From positions 23,808,001 through 23,872,000 of the forward strand of contig NC_042999.1 of NCBI RefSeq assembly GCF_006345805.1: DNA of 64,000 nt, given 5' to 3'. This DNA is from Octopus sinensis (Eukaryota). A program made the position numbers and the translations under genes. A model generated the notes under the pieces. The model did not search any database. It had not been told where the DNA came from and saw nothing but the letters and a program-made list of their open reading frames with translations. Of this stretch, positions 12,400 to 25,467 are shown in pieces (positions within the stretch are counted from its first letter, which is position 1; each line of letters begins with the position of its first letter).

Positions 12400-12526
12400 A
12401 ATGGTGGAAAAATATGTTCTTGTGGCAAAAGATATAACAAATATGGTCCAGCCCATAATTGTAATATGAAATGCAAGTCAGGGCAGACGTGTGGCGGTAT
12501 CTTGGCAAACAGTGTTTTCACAGTTG
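12400..12526 (+). CDS. Gene A exon 4, C-terminal half of the WSC domain
   Basis: TTCAG|[43 protein letters not shown]|GTTAGT; phase 0 to phase 1. Confidence 0.85.
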
Positions 12527-13649
12527 GTTAGTTAATGTTTATTCATTTTTCGATTATGTTTTTAAAAGCTTATATGTAATTATTACAAGGTTTTAATCGG
12601 CTAAATAGTTACACATTAATATGAAATTAACAGGATTCTTAATGAAACTAGCAGGTTATAATTAATTACACTTATTGAAATTGCTACATTCAAAATTACA
12701 TGCCACATCAGAAAAATTACAAGGCTACATCAGAAAAAACTAAAAGGGTGAGTAAATCTATCCTCATAGGAACTTCGTTTTAAATTTCCCACGGAACCAA
12801 ATTTACACTCCAAGTCTTTCGAATGATTCCTTCATAAGTGCGTTAGATATTACACGAAAATAACCCAGCAAAACACTCTTGAAGATATTTACTCATTCTT
12901 GCAACTGGGAGGCCCTTACTCAGTATCGCAACTTTAGCAAGACCATCATTCGAATCGCGAAGTGTGACTGGGTGCATAAACTACAAAGTACCAGATCTCG
13001 CACCTTACAATTTATAGCCAATCCTTTTTGTCCTTTGCTTGAAGAATATCTATCACGTTTGCGAGTTCCCCAATTCTTCTAATTCATAACAATGATGGTT
13101 CCGTAAGTAGCACTCCTCGGCACAAAAATTTTCTCGGTGGCTAATTTTGGATAAAATTTTATGCTTTACTTTTCGTTGTTATAGCAAATTATTATATGAA
13201 AAATCCAATAAAGTTTCTTACTCAGAGGGATGAAAACAAAGAAAATAAATATATACAGAGATAAACAATAAGTACAACGATAAATAGAACTTTCGTTAAA
13301 TGATACTCTATCGTTATACCCTTATAAATATATAAAACACTGTGGAATAAGGCTCATATTTATTTTATACACTAGTCAATCCATGCCATAGGAGACCCCT
13401 CTCTCTAATATACATGTATATATACACATACTCGCATTAACTGAATTTCCCGTCGTTGCCGGGTAATTTTCGCAATTGAGTGACTTGGCGGACTTCAGAA
13501 TTGTACACCGAAACAGGTTGGATTTTCTCAATTGCGACGGTTAATCTTCAGTTTTTCTTCCTTAGACCCTTTCAAATGACGATTTGGGGAACTTTTCATT
13601 GGAAGAAAATGTTTGAAAATTTATTAATCTCGGCTCCCAGCCTCGACAC

Positions 13650-14290
13650 TGAGACCTCGACATCTCTGGCACTTCATAGACGACGGTGAACAGGTGTGGA
13701 CGCCTTTTGTGCGACGCGCTTTCCCACAGCTCGTCTCCTTGGCCGAACTACAATCGTGGATCAAACAGAGACCGAGGCTAGGCGAATGGCACTGCGAGTG
13801 TCATGTTGCTCTCAAGCAACTCTGCCGTCCGGGACCAAATTTGTGCGACTTCATTAGAACAAAGGCGTTTTATAGAGGATTAGTGGAGGGGAGGTGCGAC
13901 GACGTTCTCGGGCAGAATCTGGGCGTCGACGAGAGACACCTGACTCGCCTGTTCAAGATAACTTTCGGGCCTGGACCTATGGACAATCACCAAAGATCCC
14001 TGGCCTGGTAGTGCACATCGAGAAGCATTACCTGTTCAGGATAAGCTCTACAGGCACGGTTCGAGACACACTGGACCTACTTGCCCGAGATGCTGTCGGA
14101 GCGACGAAACCGTTCTGCACGCTTTCGTGCAGTGTCGATCCATTTCGGACCTGTGGGCTTATACCGAACGGCTGCTGTCATGTGTGGGACAAGTCCGCCT
14201 GTCGGCCGTATCTATCGTGAGAATTGCACCAGGAAGACAAGGCAGTTTTCATCGTACTGGGACCACTGTTCTCATTGTTATTGCTCCGAT
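13650..14290 (+). mobile_element. Degenerate Tx1-family ORF2 3' fragment, same family as 1-3134
   Basis: WTPFVRRAFPQLVSLAELQSWIK aligns to WSSFVRRDFPQLVSLAELQTWIK of the 959-aa ORF; has stops and frameshifts. Confidence 0.88.
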
Positions 14291-14718
14291 TCGGTCGCCA
14301 ATAATTTGTATTTAGTTTAGAAGGCAGTAAAAATAGGGTGGGAGTGGGGACCAAATTTGGCGGCCCTGAAAAAATTATAGATCCCCTTGGGACATTCATT
14401 GGGATTAGGGGAGCTGCTGGTTTTAATTTCGTTGACCTTTCATCATACTGTTATTTTCTGCTTCTGAAAAGGATGAAAATGAATCTTGTAAAATTATGTA
14501 AAATATATTCATTTCATAATTTTACAAAATATTTAGTTCGTAATTTTACAAGACTCTCATTTTCATCCATTTCAGGTGCAGAAAATAGTAGTATGATGAT
14601 GTTTTTAACGAGACTCATTGTAACTTCATTCACGTTACCAACGTACTGATGTGGATCTAATCGACTGGAACCACTCCCTCAAAATTTCGTGCATTGTATC
14701 TAGACGAGAAAAGTATAC

Positions 14719-14788
<70 letters not shown>

Positions 14789-14888
14789 TACTAATAATGA
14801 TATTAGGGAGTATAACTTCAAACTTATAGGGACAAATTCATTTTAATATTAAATCAAATTTCACAGTATAAATATATAAAATATGAAT

Positions 14889-15070
14889 TAGAGATAAAAC
14901 CACTATTATGCAACTCAAACAGTAATAATATTTATCATTCATTTTATACCTTTTGAGATCTAGTTATAAGTTATATATTTAAACAAAAATTATATATATA
15001 TATATTGGTTATTTATGTATTGGTTTATGTCTATTACTGTTTGAGTTGCATAATAGTGGTTTTATCTCTA
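14889..15070. repeat. Perfect 39-bp inverted repeat in a Penelope-type terminal-repeat fragment
   Basis: 14889-14927 is the exact reverse complement of 15032-15070; the same family occurs at about 52100-52300 and about 39070. Confidence 0.85.
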
Positions 15071-15099
15071 TTTTATATTATATATATATATATATACAC

Positions 15100-15416
15100 A
15101 TGCACACACGGACACACACACTCGTGGTCTTCGTCGATAACGTCGTATACTACTCAGACTTATTCCCCGCCCACCGACCGGCCGCACTCGTGCCCGATAC
15201 CGATGCCGACGACCGAGAACTCGCCCCAGAACTCGCCGCTTCGTGCCTCGTCGATAACACACGGACACATACACTCGTGGTCTTCGTCGACATAGAAACT
15301 CCTGGTTTGACAACGTTAAGGACTGGATACTCTACATCACAGCGAACCTGCTACGAAGTGGCGATGGCTGAAAATAAAAGTGTCTTTAGTGGCACCTTAA
15401 GGACTGGCTACATCAT
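15100..15416 (+). mobile_element. GC-rich, possibly solo-LTR-like fragment with an internal direct repeat of about 32 bp
   Basis: CACACGGACACA.ACACTCGTGGTCTTCGTCGA occurs twice; AATAAA near the end; ends ...ACATCA. Confidence 0.35.
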
Positions 15417-15659
15417 TTAACGCATCTTGATTATGGTGGCGATGATGATGATGATGATGATGATGATGATAATGATAAAATTAATTTCTCTTGCTACAAA
15501 TCAGGAAGAATACGGGAGAAAATTATTAAGAAAGTAAAGAGAAATCGAGGAAATAAATAAAAGGATTAGACGGGAAATTCAAAATGCGAATTCTATTATA
15601 TTCCATTGTAAATAAAGATGTGATTGTGAAATACAACTTCGTTTTCTTTTATACTCTAG

Positions 15660-15770
15660 CCGTTCCATGCCATTCGAGACCTTGTAAGAACGGTGGCAAA
15701 TGTACCATAATAAAAGGTAGATACTCCTGTAAATGCAGACCTGGTTACTTTGGAGGCGCCTGTACTAGAT
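15660..15770 (+). CDS. Gene A EGF exon
   Basis: (A)VPCHSRPCKNGGKCTIIKGRYSCKCRPGYFGGACTR; 111 nt, phase 1 to phase 1, AG and GTAAGT splice sites. Confidence 0.92.
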
Positions 15771-15974
15771 GTAAGTATAACATAAAAAATAGCCATAATT
15801 TATAGGCATAGATTTATCATAGATTTTGTTTCACAAGTATATTTAAAGCTAACGTAGGTTCCTCATGAATAGATATTGAGAAAGGCGCGATTGGTTGAAT
15901 GGCTTGTTTAAGGGAAATATGGCTTGGTTAGGAACTTAAAAGAATGTTTGCATGTTATTTCACAAAATTCCCCC

Positions 15975-16065
<91 letters not shown>

Positions 16066-16070
16066 CTACA

Positions 16071-16116
<46 letters not shown>

Positions 16117-16260
16117 TTAACTGAGTATCTCGTCGTTGCCGGGTAATATTCACAATAGTGTGCCTTGGCGAACTTTCGGAATAGTATATCCATGCTATAA
16201 ACCAGGGAGAATACTGGAGAAAATGATTGAAAAATTAAAGAGAATTTCATAATGGGAATT

Positions 16261-18501
16261 CAGAAGTGGCTGTGTGGTAAGTAGCTTGCTCACCTCATTG
16301 CGCATGTGCGATTCAGAGTTGTATTTAACACTGAAGTGATAAAGATGTGTTTTTGAAGCCGTCTTAAATTGAAGATTTTTGAAACTCAGCTGTAAGGTAA
16401 GACTTTTTTGGCGGGTTCAGTGGGGGGCCTGTTATTCGCCGCAAATATTTTTTACAAACAAGAAGTCCTCACTGGATTCTAGTCTGCCGGCAGCTGAGTG
16501 AATATTTTTTCACTTAATTGTAAAAATTATTATTTTGGTGGGCGTATCCTGCCTCAAAATTTTGCTTGAAAATTATGTTTGTCCAGAAATAACTCTGTGG
16601 GAATTTCAACAATATTGGAGTACATATGAGAAGAAAATTGGAATGATTTTTCAGCAATTAACTGTTTAACAATTGCGTTAAATGTTTGGCCGGGAGTACC
16701 GTGTGGTCCAAAGTTTTGTTGTGTTCTGAACTGTTTCTCTCTCTTCATCTTTTATTTAAAAAAAAACTCTTTATTGAACTGTTAATTTTTTTCTCCTTCC
16801 TTTTGTTTGGACTTTTTTCTCGTCTTTTTCCTTAATTATTTTGTATTTTAAGAACTGTGTTTTTGAACTTTTTTTAAAAACATGGCAAAGAACAATTAAA
16901 AGTTGGTAGAGTGGGAAATTACACCACCCAAAAGATGGTTAAAAGAACTTGAAAGTAAGACGGTTGTTTTGAGAACCTACTCTAGGACCCTCGACACCAT
17001 TGCCGTTTTCAAAAAATATATATATAATCGAAAGAGAACTGGCAGAATTTAAGCCGGCGATTAAGTTTATCTCTCGGGGGGGATGGGTCAAATATGTAAC
17101 CGTGTGGTTGCTGTTTGACTCCCTAGAAGTGGCTTGTGAATTTGCGAGCCAGCCCCAGGAGGGCAATTAAATTTTTTCTTCCCACTTATTGTGGGAAGAA
17201 GTTGACGAGGGCTAGGGTTTGCAGCTTGCCACCCGGAGTTGGGCCCATGTGGATAGGAGATACTATCCGCCAGGGTCTGGGTGGCAGTAGCACAAAGCTC
17301 CTCAACGTGAATATTCTGCCTGCGGTTGACTGGGAGGGGTCAAAACAGCCTTTGACCCTATGGACCCAGTCAGCCGACAGTCTGGTATTTCCAAACTTTT
17401 TGAGAATGGCCGGCTCTAGATATTCGATGATTCTTGAGGGACGCCCCTCCCTCCAAGTTTCGTCGGTGCCTGGATCCTGGCCATATAAAAAAGAACTGTC
17501 CTCAAGGGCAAAGCAAAGTCCTGGAATGCTTGACGGAGACCTCTGTAGAGGAGAGAATGAAGGTGACCGAGGAGACGGAGGACTCGTCAAAGAAGAGCCG
17601 CAAAAGGAAGAAGGTGAGCAATAATGGGTGCTCACCGAAGGGTCCTGGGGATGAGGGAGGGGAGGCGAATCTCCCGGTCACGGAGGAGACGCACCCTCCC
17701 TCAGTTGAGAAGAAAAAAGAGGAAGGCAATCAGAGATAGGGCACCGGAGTGTCCCGGAGTCACGTCGGTGGGATTGCGCCACCGGCGGGAGTGGGGAGAC
17801 ACTATTGGCGGGAATACCTTTGGCCTTCACACGGGAGTCCGAATGGTCACAGATAGCTGTGGAGGTTATAGCGTTGATCGTGTTATATTGGGACTAAAAG
17901 AGGAATATCGCTTGTGGCCGGGTGATGCCGACTCGGATCCCGCCTTAGTTTTAAATGAAGCGTGGCTGATGGTGGAGTACACGGGCACATGCGATGATGA
18001 GGTGGAAAATTGACAAGAGGTTAAAATGTCTCAGTGTTATAATGTGTAAGAGGCTTAGCGCCTCATTTGTAAATGGACTTATTAAGTCAAATAATTGTAA
18101 AAACGGAGGTAAGTGGTTCAATATCTCGGTTTGTTTTTGTGTCTAAATGGCAGTAAGAGGTTCAATACCTCGTTTTGTTTCTTGCGAAAAAAAAAAAATA
18201 ATAATGTTTTAGAGAAGCGAAAATTGGCAGGCGTTTTTATCTTCTCCCATTAATATCATTTTATTTCACCATTCATATCATCCATGTCTCTGTCCAGCCC
18301 GCAAGCTACTCTGTATCATGCCTTTAAGGCAATATTTTTTGCAATAAAGTAGCTTGCTTACCAACCACATGGTTCCGAGTTCAGTCCCACTGCGTGACAC
18401 CTTGGGCAAGTGTCTACTAATATAGCCTCGTGCCGACCAAAGCCTTGTGAGTGGATTTGGCGGACGGAAACTGAAAGAAGCCCGTCGTATATATGTATAG
18501 T

Positions 18502-18568
<67 letters not shown>

Positions 18569-18800
18569 GCGTGTGTGTGTGAGTATGTGTTTGTGTGTCT
18601 GTGTTTATCCCCCCAACATCACTTAACAACCGATGCTGGTGTGTTTACGTCTCCGTAACTTAGCGGTTCGGCAAAATAGACCGATAGAATAAGTACTAGG
18701 CTTACAAAGAATAAGTCCTGGGGTCGATTTGTTCGACTAAAGGCGGTGCTCCAGTATGGCCGTAGTCAAATGACTGAAACAAGTAAAAGAGTAAAAGAGT
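16261..18800 (+). mobile_element. SINE family A split by the Tx1-like insertion (16261-16290 plus 18347-18800)
   Basis: The head AGTGGCTGTGTGGTAAGTAGCTTGCT resumes as TACCAACCACATGG after the insert. Confidence 0.85.
16291..18346 (+). mobile_element. ORF1-only Tx1-like element (degenerate gag-like ORF1, no ORF2) inserted into a SINE head
   Basis: Knuckle remnant CLDPGHIKKNC and LEGRP; 12-bp TSD AAGTAGCTTGCT at 16279-16290 and 18347-18358; ends GCAATA. Confidence 0.72.
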
Positions 18801-18857
18801 ATATTCCGTTGTAAATAAAGATGTGATTGTGAAATAAAACTTCTATTTCTTCTATAC

Positions 18858-18954
18858 TCGAGACCATGTAAGAACGGCCGTACATGTTTCAGTAAAGGAG
18901 ATACATTCATCTGTAAATGCAGACCTGGATACACTGGAAGCTACTGTAATACAT
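18858..18954 (+). pseudogene. Duplicated EGF pseudo-exon; acceptor and first Cys deleted
   Basis: SRPCKNGRTCFSKGDTFICKCRPGYTGSYCNT|GTAAGT. Flanks match 15590-15925, but the 19 nt TAGCCGTTCCATGCCATTC are missing. Confidence 0.85.
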
Positions 18955-19222
18955 GTAAGTATAACATAAAATATAGCCATAATTCATAGGCATAGATTTA
19001 TCATAGATTTTGTTCTACAAGTATATTTAAAGAGCCAAGGTAGGTTCCTCATGAATAGATATTGAGAAATGCGCGATTGGTTGAATGGCTTGTTTAAGGG
19101 AAATATTTCGGGTTAAACTTTGCATATAATTCCAGTCGATCCTCTCTCTTTCTCTCTTTACACACACACACAGACACACACACACACGCACATGCGCACA
19201 TACATATATATATCTGTGTGTG

Positions 19223-19274
19223 CACTGGCTACTATTAAGAACGGATCGAATAATACCTACTTTTCTGTTGAAGT
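19223..19274 (+). pseudogene. Orphan 52-nt copy of the middle of the downstream VWD exon
   Basis: Encodes [17 protein letters not shown]; matches 19701-19753 except at the lesion and one base. Confidence 0.88.
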
Positions 19275-19607
19275 GCACATCTTATGTAAAACACTTTCAA
19301 TACAGTAAGAATAAGAGCATCACAGCAAACCACAGCACATACCCAAGGCACACAAAGCTGCGCTCGATAGTGAAGTGAAAGCACGCTATAAAAATAAGAC
19401 TACTGAATAATAATAATAATAGAAACACGTTACGTGAGGAGAATGGTAATGGGTACGGGGTAGATGATGGTGGTGGTGGGTAACGACAACGATGATGATG
19501 ATAGACGAATATTTTAAATATAAATTTCACATATATTTTTATTTTCAAAGCATTATGCAGGCGCTTATATTATATTGTTTACAAGTTTATGTGTCGAATA
19601 TTTTCAG

Positions 19608-19856
19608 CTTCGGACCCTTGTATATGTAAAGTGTATGGTGACCCTCACTATGGAACGTTCGATGGACAAATGATACATTTCATGGGCACATGTAAATATA
19701 CACTGGCTACTATTAAGAACTATTAAGAAGAATACCTCCTTTTCTGTTGAAGTAAAGAACGAACACCGAGGGAATAACCGTGTATCTTACACACGTTTAG
19801 TGGATGTCAAACTCACTGGTTTCACAATTCGTCTGTTGCCAGCTAACAAGATCTTG
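19608..19856 (+). pseudogene. Gene A VWD exon 1, disrupted
   Basis: SDPCICKVYGDPHYGTFDGQMIHFMGTCKYTLATIKN, then TAA at 19724-19726 and a +1 shift, then [20 protein letters not shown]...ANKIL|GTACGT. Confidence 0.88.
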
Positions 19857-20389
19857 GTACGTACATTTTGTCTCTCCTCACCCTATAGTTATGTAAATGT
19901 ATAAGAATCCAAAAGATTATTCAGCTTGTCACGTTGTATTTTCGTATGCCATGCACTTAAAAAACGGGAACCAATGAACGAATCGATGATAATCGAAATC
20001 CTGGTCTTAATGAAAGAAATTTAAGCCTTAAACTTCTTAAAAGAAAGAATTATGGAAAGAAATATTTGTAATATTGAACATAACGAAACAATATTATGAT
20101 GCTGTATAAATTTGGAGTCGGGAAAAAGATTTCGAATACCGAACTCAAAGCAATTGGTAGCGAGCCGAGTTCGAAATATGTATTTTCAGTGAATAGTTTT
20201 TGATGTCTTACAGAGTATATCATCGACATTCTCAACTAAAGCATGCAATGGTAAGTATTTATATAAACTTAACATAAAGTCACTGGAAGCTGGGATAGAT
20301 AAAACGCAAGACAAAATGAATTGCGTTAGCAGATACGGCTATTTGAATTTAGTTCAAATTAGCACAAAGTAGATGTAGGGGTTTTTAAA

Positions 20390-20578
20390 TCAAAGCTGGA
20401 CCTCTTCATGTCGAGAGTCCCAGATGAGCCTACCTCACGGCAAGAGGTGCAAATGAGGGTAGCTATATCAAACTCCATTCTTCACCAAGTCCCACATATT
20501 AGAGGAGGCCCCTAGTAATAACAGTGTAGCGCAAAACGGCGGTGCATCAGCATGGCTGCAGCTCTGAGCTAAAACTTA
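20390..20578 (+). mobile_element. CR1/L2-group LINE 3' end
   Basis: [25 protein letters not shown]; same family as 48350-48720; A-rich tail. Confidence 0.7.
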
Positions 20579-20812
20579 AAAAAAAAAATTATGCATTAAA
20601 ATAGATATAAAATAATTTATAGAATGTGGAATTAATCATAATATGTATAATAGGATTTATGACGGTTCGTAGGATTTGCCATACAAAAAATAATACAAGA
20701 GTATAACCAAATGATCTCCAATCGTTGGAATAGTAACAAAATATTTTTCAGTTTGTGGTTTGGTAAACACGTCAGCAGCTGACACAGAGTCTACTTATTT
20801 CCAATATAAATT

Positions 20813-20843
<31 letters not shown>

Positions 20844-21294
20844 GCCTGCTCGCTTAGCCAGCGGGGTGGCGTCATTCGAATGCTAAAACAATGCGAACGC
20901 ATTGTGACCAGCGATGTGTAGCAACATCTGATGGTCTGGTCGGTCACGTGATATATATATATATAATTATTATTATTTTTTTTTTTATTTTTTTTTTTAT
21001 TTTAATATTTATTTCTGTAAAAAAAAATTATTTATATTTTATTTTTATTTCTGTAAAAAAAAATTAATTTTTATTTTTATTTTTTTTCGCCCCCGTACAA
21101 AAAAGCAATCAATTGAATATGTACTAGACATGAAAAACAAATAAGGATTTGAGATTTGTTCGACTAAACTTCTCAAGCATGGGCAAAGTCCAATGACTAA
21201 ATCAAGTAAAGTAGTAAAAATAATACATGCATTATATATAAAAAAAAATACTTGATTTCCATACCTGTCCTATTTTCTTGAATTTAATTTTCAG

Positions 21295-21602
21295 ATAAAT
21301 TCAGAAGAGAAATCGTTACCCGTAAGAAATTATAAAGAGTTTTCAGCCACGTACTCTGTCGGGTGGATTACAGTTACCACTGAATGGGGTTTGAAGATCA
21401 TGTTTGATGGTAGACACAGAGTCACTGTTACATTACCACCAATATTCGCCGATCAACTGACTGGAATCTGTGGAGATTGTAACGGAGAAAAAGATAACTT
21501 TCGTCCGAAATCTGGTGAAGATGTTTCTCAGAAAGCAAATAAATTTTCTTTAATTGGTGCCAGTTACCAAGTTGAAGATGACAGTGATAAACCCGAAACA
21601 AA
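21295..21602 (+). CDS. Gene A VWD exon 2
   Basis: INSEEK...FDGRHRVTVTLP...LTGICGDCNG...KPET; 308 nt, phase 0 to phase 2, same length as the gene B exon. Confidence 0.92.
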
Positions 21603-21670
21603 GTAATGATTATTTTCTTTCTCAAACTCCAAAATCAAAAATAAATATTATGTAAATTGTTGATAGTATA

Positions 21671-22953
21671 CGAGGGACGTTCAATAAGTAATGCCCCTGA
21701 CCCACTTGCATTTGTTTGATCTAGCTGAAATTTTGCATGTGCAATTATTTATATCTCTATAGATTAATTGGCAAATTACAGCTCTGAACTAATTGTGGTT
21801 TCTGATTTACAGGTGTTTGAACTGAGTCAAGTGTGAAATGGAGACTGTTGAGTGTCGAGCAGTGATCCTGTTTTTATATTTGAAAGGACGCACACCACGG
21901 GAGACTTTGATGAAATGAAAGTAACTTATGGTGATGATGCCCCATTATATGACCTTGTAAAACGCTAGCATCGTGAATTCAAACATGGTCGGAACTCAGT
22001 GGAAACAGCTCCCAGATCTGGTCGCCCCCTTCTGCCATTGATGAGGCATCTGTCCGTCAAGTTGAGGCTGACATTTTAGAAGCTCGACGCATAACTATTC
22101 GCCAAATAGCCCATGAGGTCAAAATTAGTACCGGGTCTGTGGAAACTATCATTTATGACCATTTGCATACGCAAAAGGTGTCTGTCAGATGGATTCCCAA
22201 GTTGCTCACACCTTTCCAGAAGCAAGAACGCGTCGAGTGCTTGAGGATGAATTTGGAGAAGTGCCAAGAAGATGAGTCAAACTTTTTCAAAAGACTGATT
22301 ACACAGGATGAAACATGGGTCCATCACTATGATCCAGAGACCAAAGCCCAATCAATGCAGTTGAAGCACGGTGACTCACCTCCTCCAAAGAAGGCAAGGG
22401 TTCAGCCCTCCGCTGGCAAGGTCATGCTCACAGTCTTCTGGGTCCAGGACGGAGTAGTGATGACAGATTTCCTGGCAAAGGGTACCACAATTATAGGAAC
22501 CTATTATGCTTCACTTTTGAGGAAATTAAGAGAAGCTATCAAAATCAAGAGGCAGGGCAAGATCAGCAAAGGCATCCTCCTCCTGCAGGACAACGCTCCG
22601 GTCCACAACTCGCTTGTCGCCAGATCAGAAGCACAGGCGTGCGGCTATGAACTCCTCCCCCATCCCCCCTACTCTCCTGACCTTCCACCCTCTGATTTTC
22701 AGCTCTTCCCAGCCATGAAGTTGTTTTTGAAAGGAAAGCGTTTCCCAGATGATGCAGTCTTGATTTCTGAAGTCACGTCGAGGTTGGAGGACCAAGCTGG
22801 TGTCTTCTACAAAAATGGTCTCCAGAGCTGCATCAAACGATGGGAAAAATGCATAACTCTGGGTGGTTCCTATGTAGAAAAAGACTAATAAAGTTTCGTT
22901 GCTCTACTGCTATGGGAAGTGGGTCAGGGGCATTACTTATTGAACGCCCCCCG
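21671..22953 (+). mobile_element. Full-length mariner transposon (D,D34D); transposase inactivated in its 5' part
   Basis: 36-bp TIRs with 2 mismatches; TA TSD at 21669-21670 and 22954-22955; WIPKLL, TQDETW, QDNAPVH and YSPDLPPSD motifs; stop and frameshifts upstream of 22139. Confidence 0.96.
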
Positions 22954-23149
22954 TATCAAATGGCGCAATGAATATGCCACAGTATTATGTCTTATTATCA
23001 AGATTTAGCTGTTTTCACGTTAATCTGTGATTATTCACATTATTTACATTAGACGGATATGTCTCCTGATTTTGTTTGTTGTTACCACAACGTTTCCGTA
23101 GAATTTTGAACCCTTGGTTCTCATTACAAAGGTATTTTTTTGCTTATGT

Positions 23150-23180
<31 letters not shown>

Positions 23181-24262
23181 CTTCTTCTTCTTCTTATTAT
23201 TATTATTATTCAAAGGAATTGAACTCGCAACTTGGATTTAGAATCCCGCGCTCTTAACCATTACGCTATATGCCCATGGGCAGTTATTGAGTCAGTTTTA
23301 GGGGTTATAAAACTAATATAGAACGGTTAATGAGTGAGCTGGCAGAATGTTTAGAGCGTGGCAAAAAATGATTAGCGGCGTTCCCTTGGGTTCCATACGT
23401 TCTGATCTTGGGGTCGATAAAATTACCAGTCAAAACCTAGGTCAATGTTTTCGATTAGCACCCATACCGATAAACCGCTGGTATTGTGCTGAAATCTTGA
23501 AGTATGGTTATTTAAGATGGTCAGCCATAAATAAAAATAGTTTCCGTTACGGCACACATCAAAATGTTTAGTATTATTTCTGTCAGCTTTTTGCGTTCTG
23601 CGTTGAAACGTTGATGAAGACATCTTTGCTTTTCATCTGTTCAGACTCGATAAAGGAAGTAGAAATCGAGATGAAACCGACTTACTCCATCCTCTCAAAC
23701 CTCAGATTTTGTGCCTGTCGTAGAAATAACTATTTATGTTTTAACTTTGAAAGTTTTCAGTCAAAGCGGAGGAAATGTGTTACGAAATTACCGCCGAGGT
23801 CGACTTTGCTTTTCATCCTTTCAGGGTCGATACATTAAGTACCAGTTGCATAATGGGGTCGATCTAATCGACTGGCCCCTTGTCCAAAAATTTCGGGCCT
23901 TGTGCCTAGAGTAGAGAAAGAATTGGACTGTTCTAATCGAGCTGATCGACGATCAAAGAATGCGCGCATGCATGACTTGCATATGGGTTGTTTATTTGCT
24001 TCTGTTTTTATATATAAGGCAAGAAATGAGTTAAGAATGTTGGATGATTTGGTAAGATTTTAGATGAAGGGAATATTTGACATCTGGAATTTTGTTGTAC
24101 ATCAGACGCTACAAAAGTAGAGAGATGTGAATCATAATTAATTAACTCACCAGTAAGTTTTTACTCAGAAAATACGCATGGTTTCTAGTTAGCAAATGAG
24201 AAATCATACATCATAACAACTATTCTTAACTTCATCATTTCGCTTTCTATTTTTATTTTCAG

Positions 24263-24530
24263 ATGCAAAGTGAATGATGTTAATTCGACTTGTTCAAAGG
24301 AGCAGACAAAAGAATGTGATTTAATGAATGACAAATCTTTGAAGCCTGCATTGAAAAGATCGGAGCTTCGCATCTAGAAGAATACTTGGAGTCTTGTAGA
24401 ATCGATGTCTGTAGTTATCACAATGATCCTACGAACCACCACTCTGTTTTCTGTCGAATCATTGAAGGTTTTGCTACAGAATGCGAAAGTGTGGGAATTT
24501 TCGTTAATTGGAGAGAAATATCACAATGCC
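24263..24530 (+). pseudogene. Gene A C8-domain exon with a -1 frameshift at about 24338
   Basis: CKVNDVNSTCSKEQTKECDLMNDKS / EACIEKIG...SCRIDVCS...CRIIEGFATECESVGIFVNWREISQC; 268 nt, one short of a phase-consistent length. Confidence 0.88.
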
Positions 24531-25467
24531 GTAAGATTTACTGTTTCTTTACATTCCTCTAAGAACATGATATATGGCGCATTACATCTTGATGTGTCCA
24601 AGATAAGATATTGTCGAATTACATCTCAGTTCTTCGAGAGACTATGAAATAATATTTGCTAAATCCTTCGAATATATATTGTTCGACTGTTTGGGCTTTT
24701 AGATAACACTAATTCATAAACTCAAGAAAAAACTTTCGATGTCTGATCAGTGAGTATCCGGACTGTTGCTATAGTAACGAAGCCAAAGCAAATATCTGGA
24801 CCACTCGTACATTTGTGCGCGGTGCGTACACTGTCTGCAACTATCCGTCGACCTCTGAGCTGGTATCACCATGACAACTTTCTCTGGCATGGTCAATGCG
24901 ACGATCATATGTTACACGCGTCCATTCCAAGAACTGCTGTAAACAGCAGAAGTGAGCTAGAACTTTAATACTTCATGAGTTTGCACAACCGTATCCAAAG
25001 TGAATTCCTGCCAAGCGGCTTCAGTCTACGTGGTTTAGCTTCGTTACTATCGCAACAGTCCGTATACTTAGTGATCAGACCTCGTATTTCTGTATGTATA
25101 TATAACGAAGTATAGAATTCTGAAATGCCTCCAAGTGCATTACTTAAGAAATTTGCGAATAGATATCAGCCTTTTTTCAACAAACCTTACTGAATACGCG
25201 ACACAATTCTTCTTCGATATATTGTAGAGACTTGGTAGATTTGATTTGTATTTATTAGAATTTAAGTTGATTATTACTTTCGAATTCGATCCATCCCTGT
25301 TTCTTATACATAAATTTTCAGACAAATATTTGATATTTTGTTTGATTCCCAAAACATTGCACTGAAGGTTACATATTATCGACATAGTTATTGTGTTCCT
25401 CGTAAATATTTTGCTATTTATAAGAAAATACCTGTTTGTTATGATTCTCCATTGTATTTTATTCCAG

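Noticed and set aside
13430-16200. Related segments of about 80 bp at about 13435 and about 16115 with a CCCG...CGGG hairpin
   Set aside because: They are probably ends of an old Helitron-like repeat, but the termini are too degenerate to call.
18861-18863. Cryptic AG acceptor rescuing the second EGF exon
   Set aside because: It would start the exon in phase 2, while the upstream exon ends in phase 1, and the first Cys is lost.
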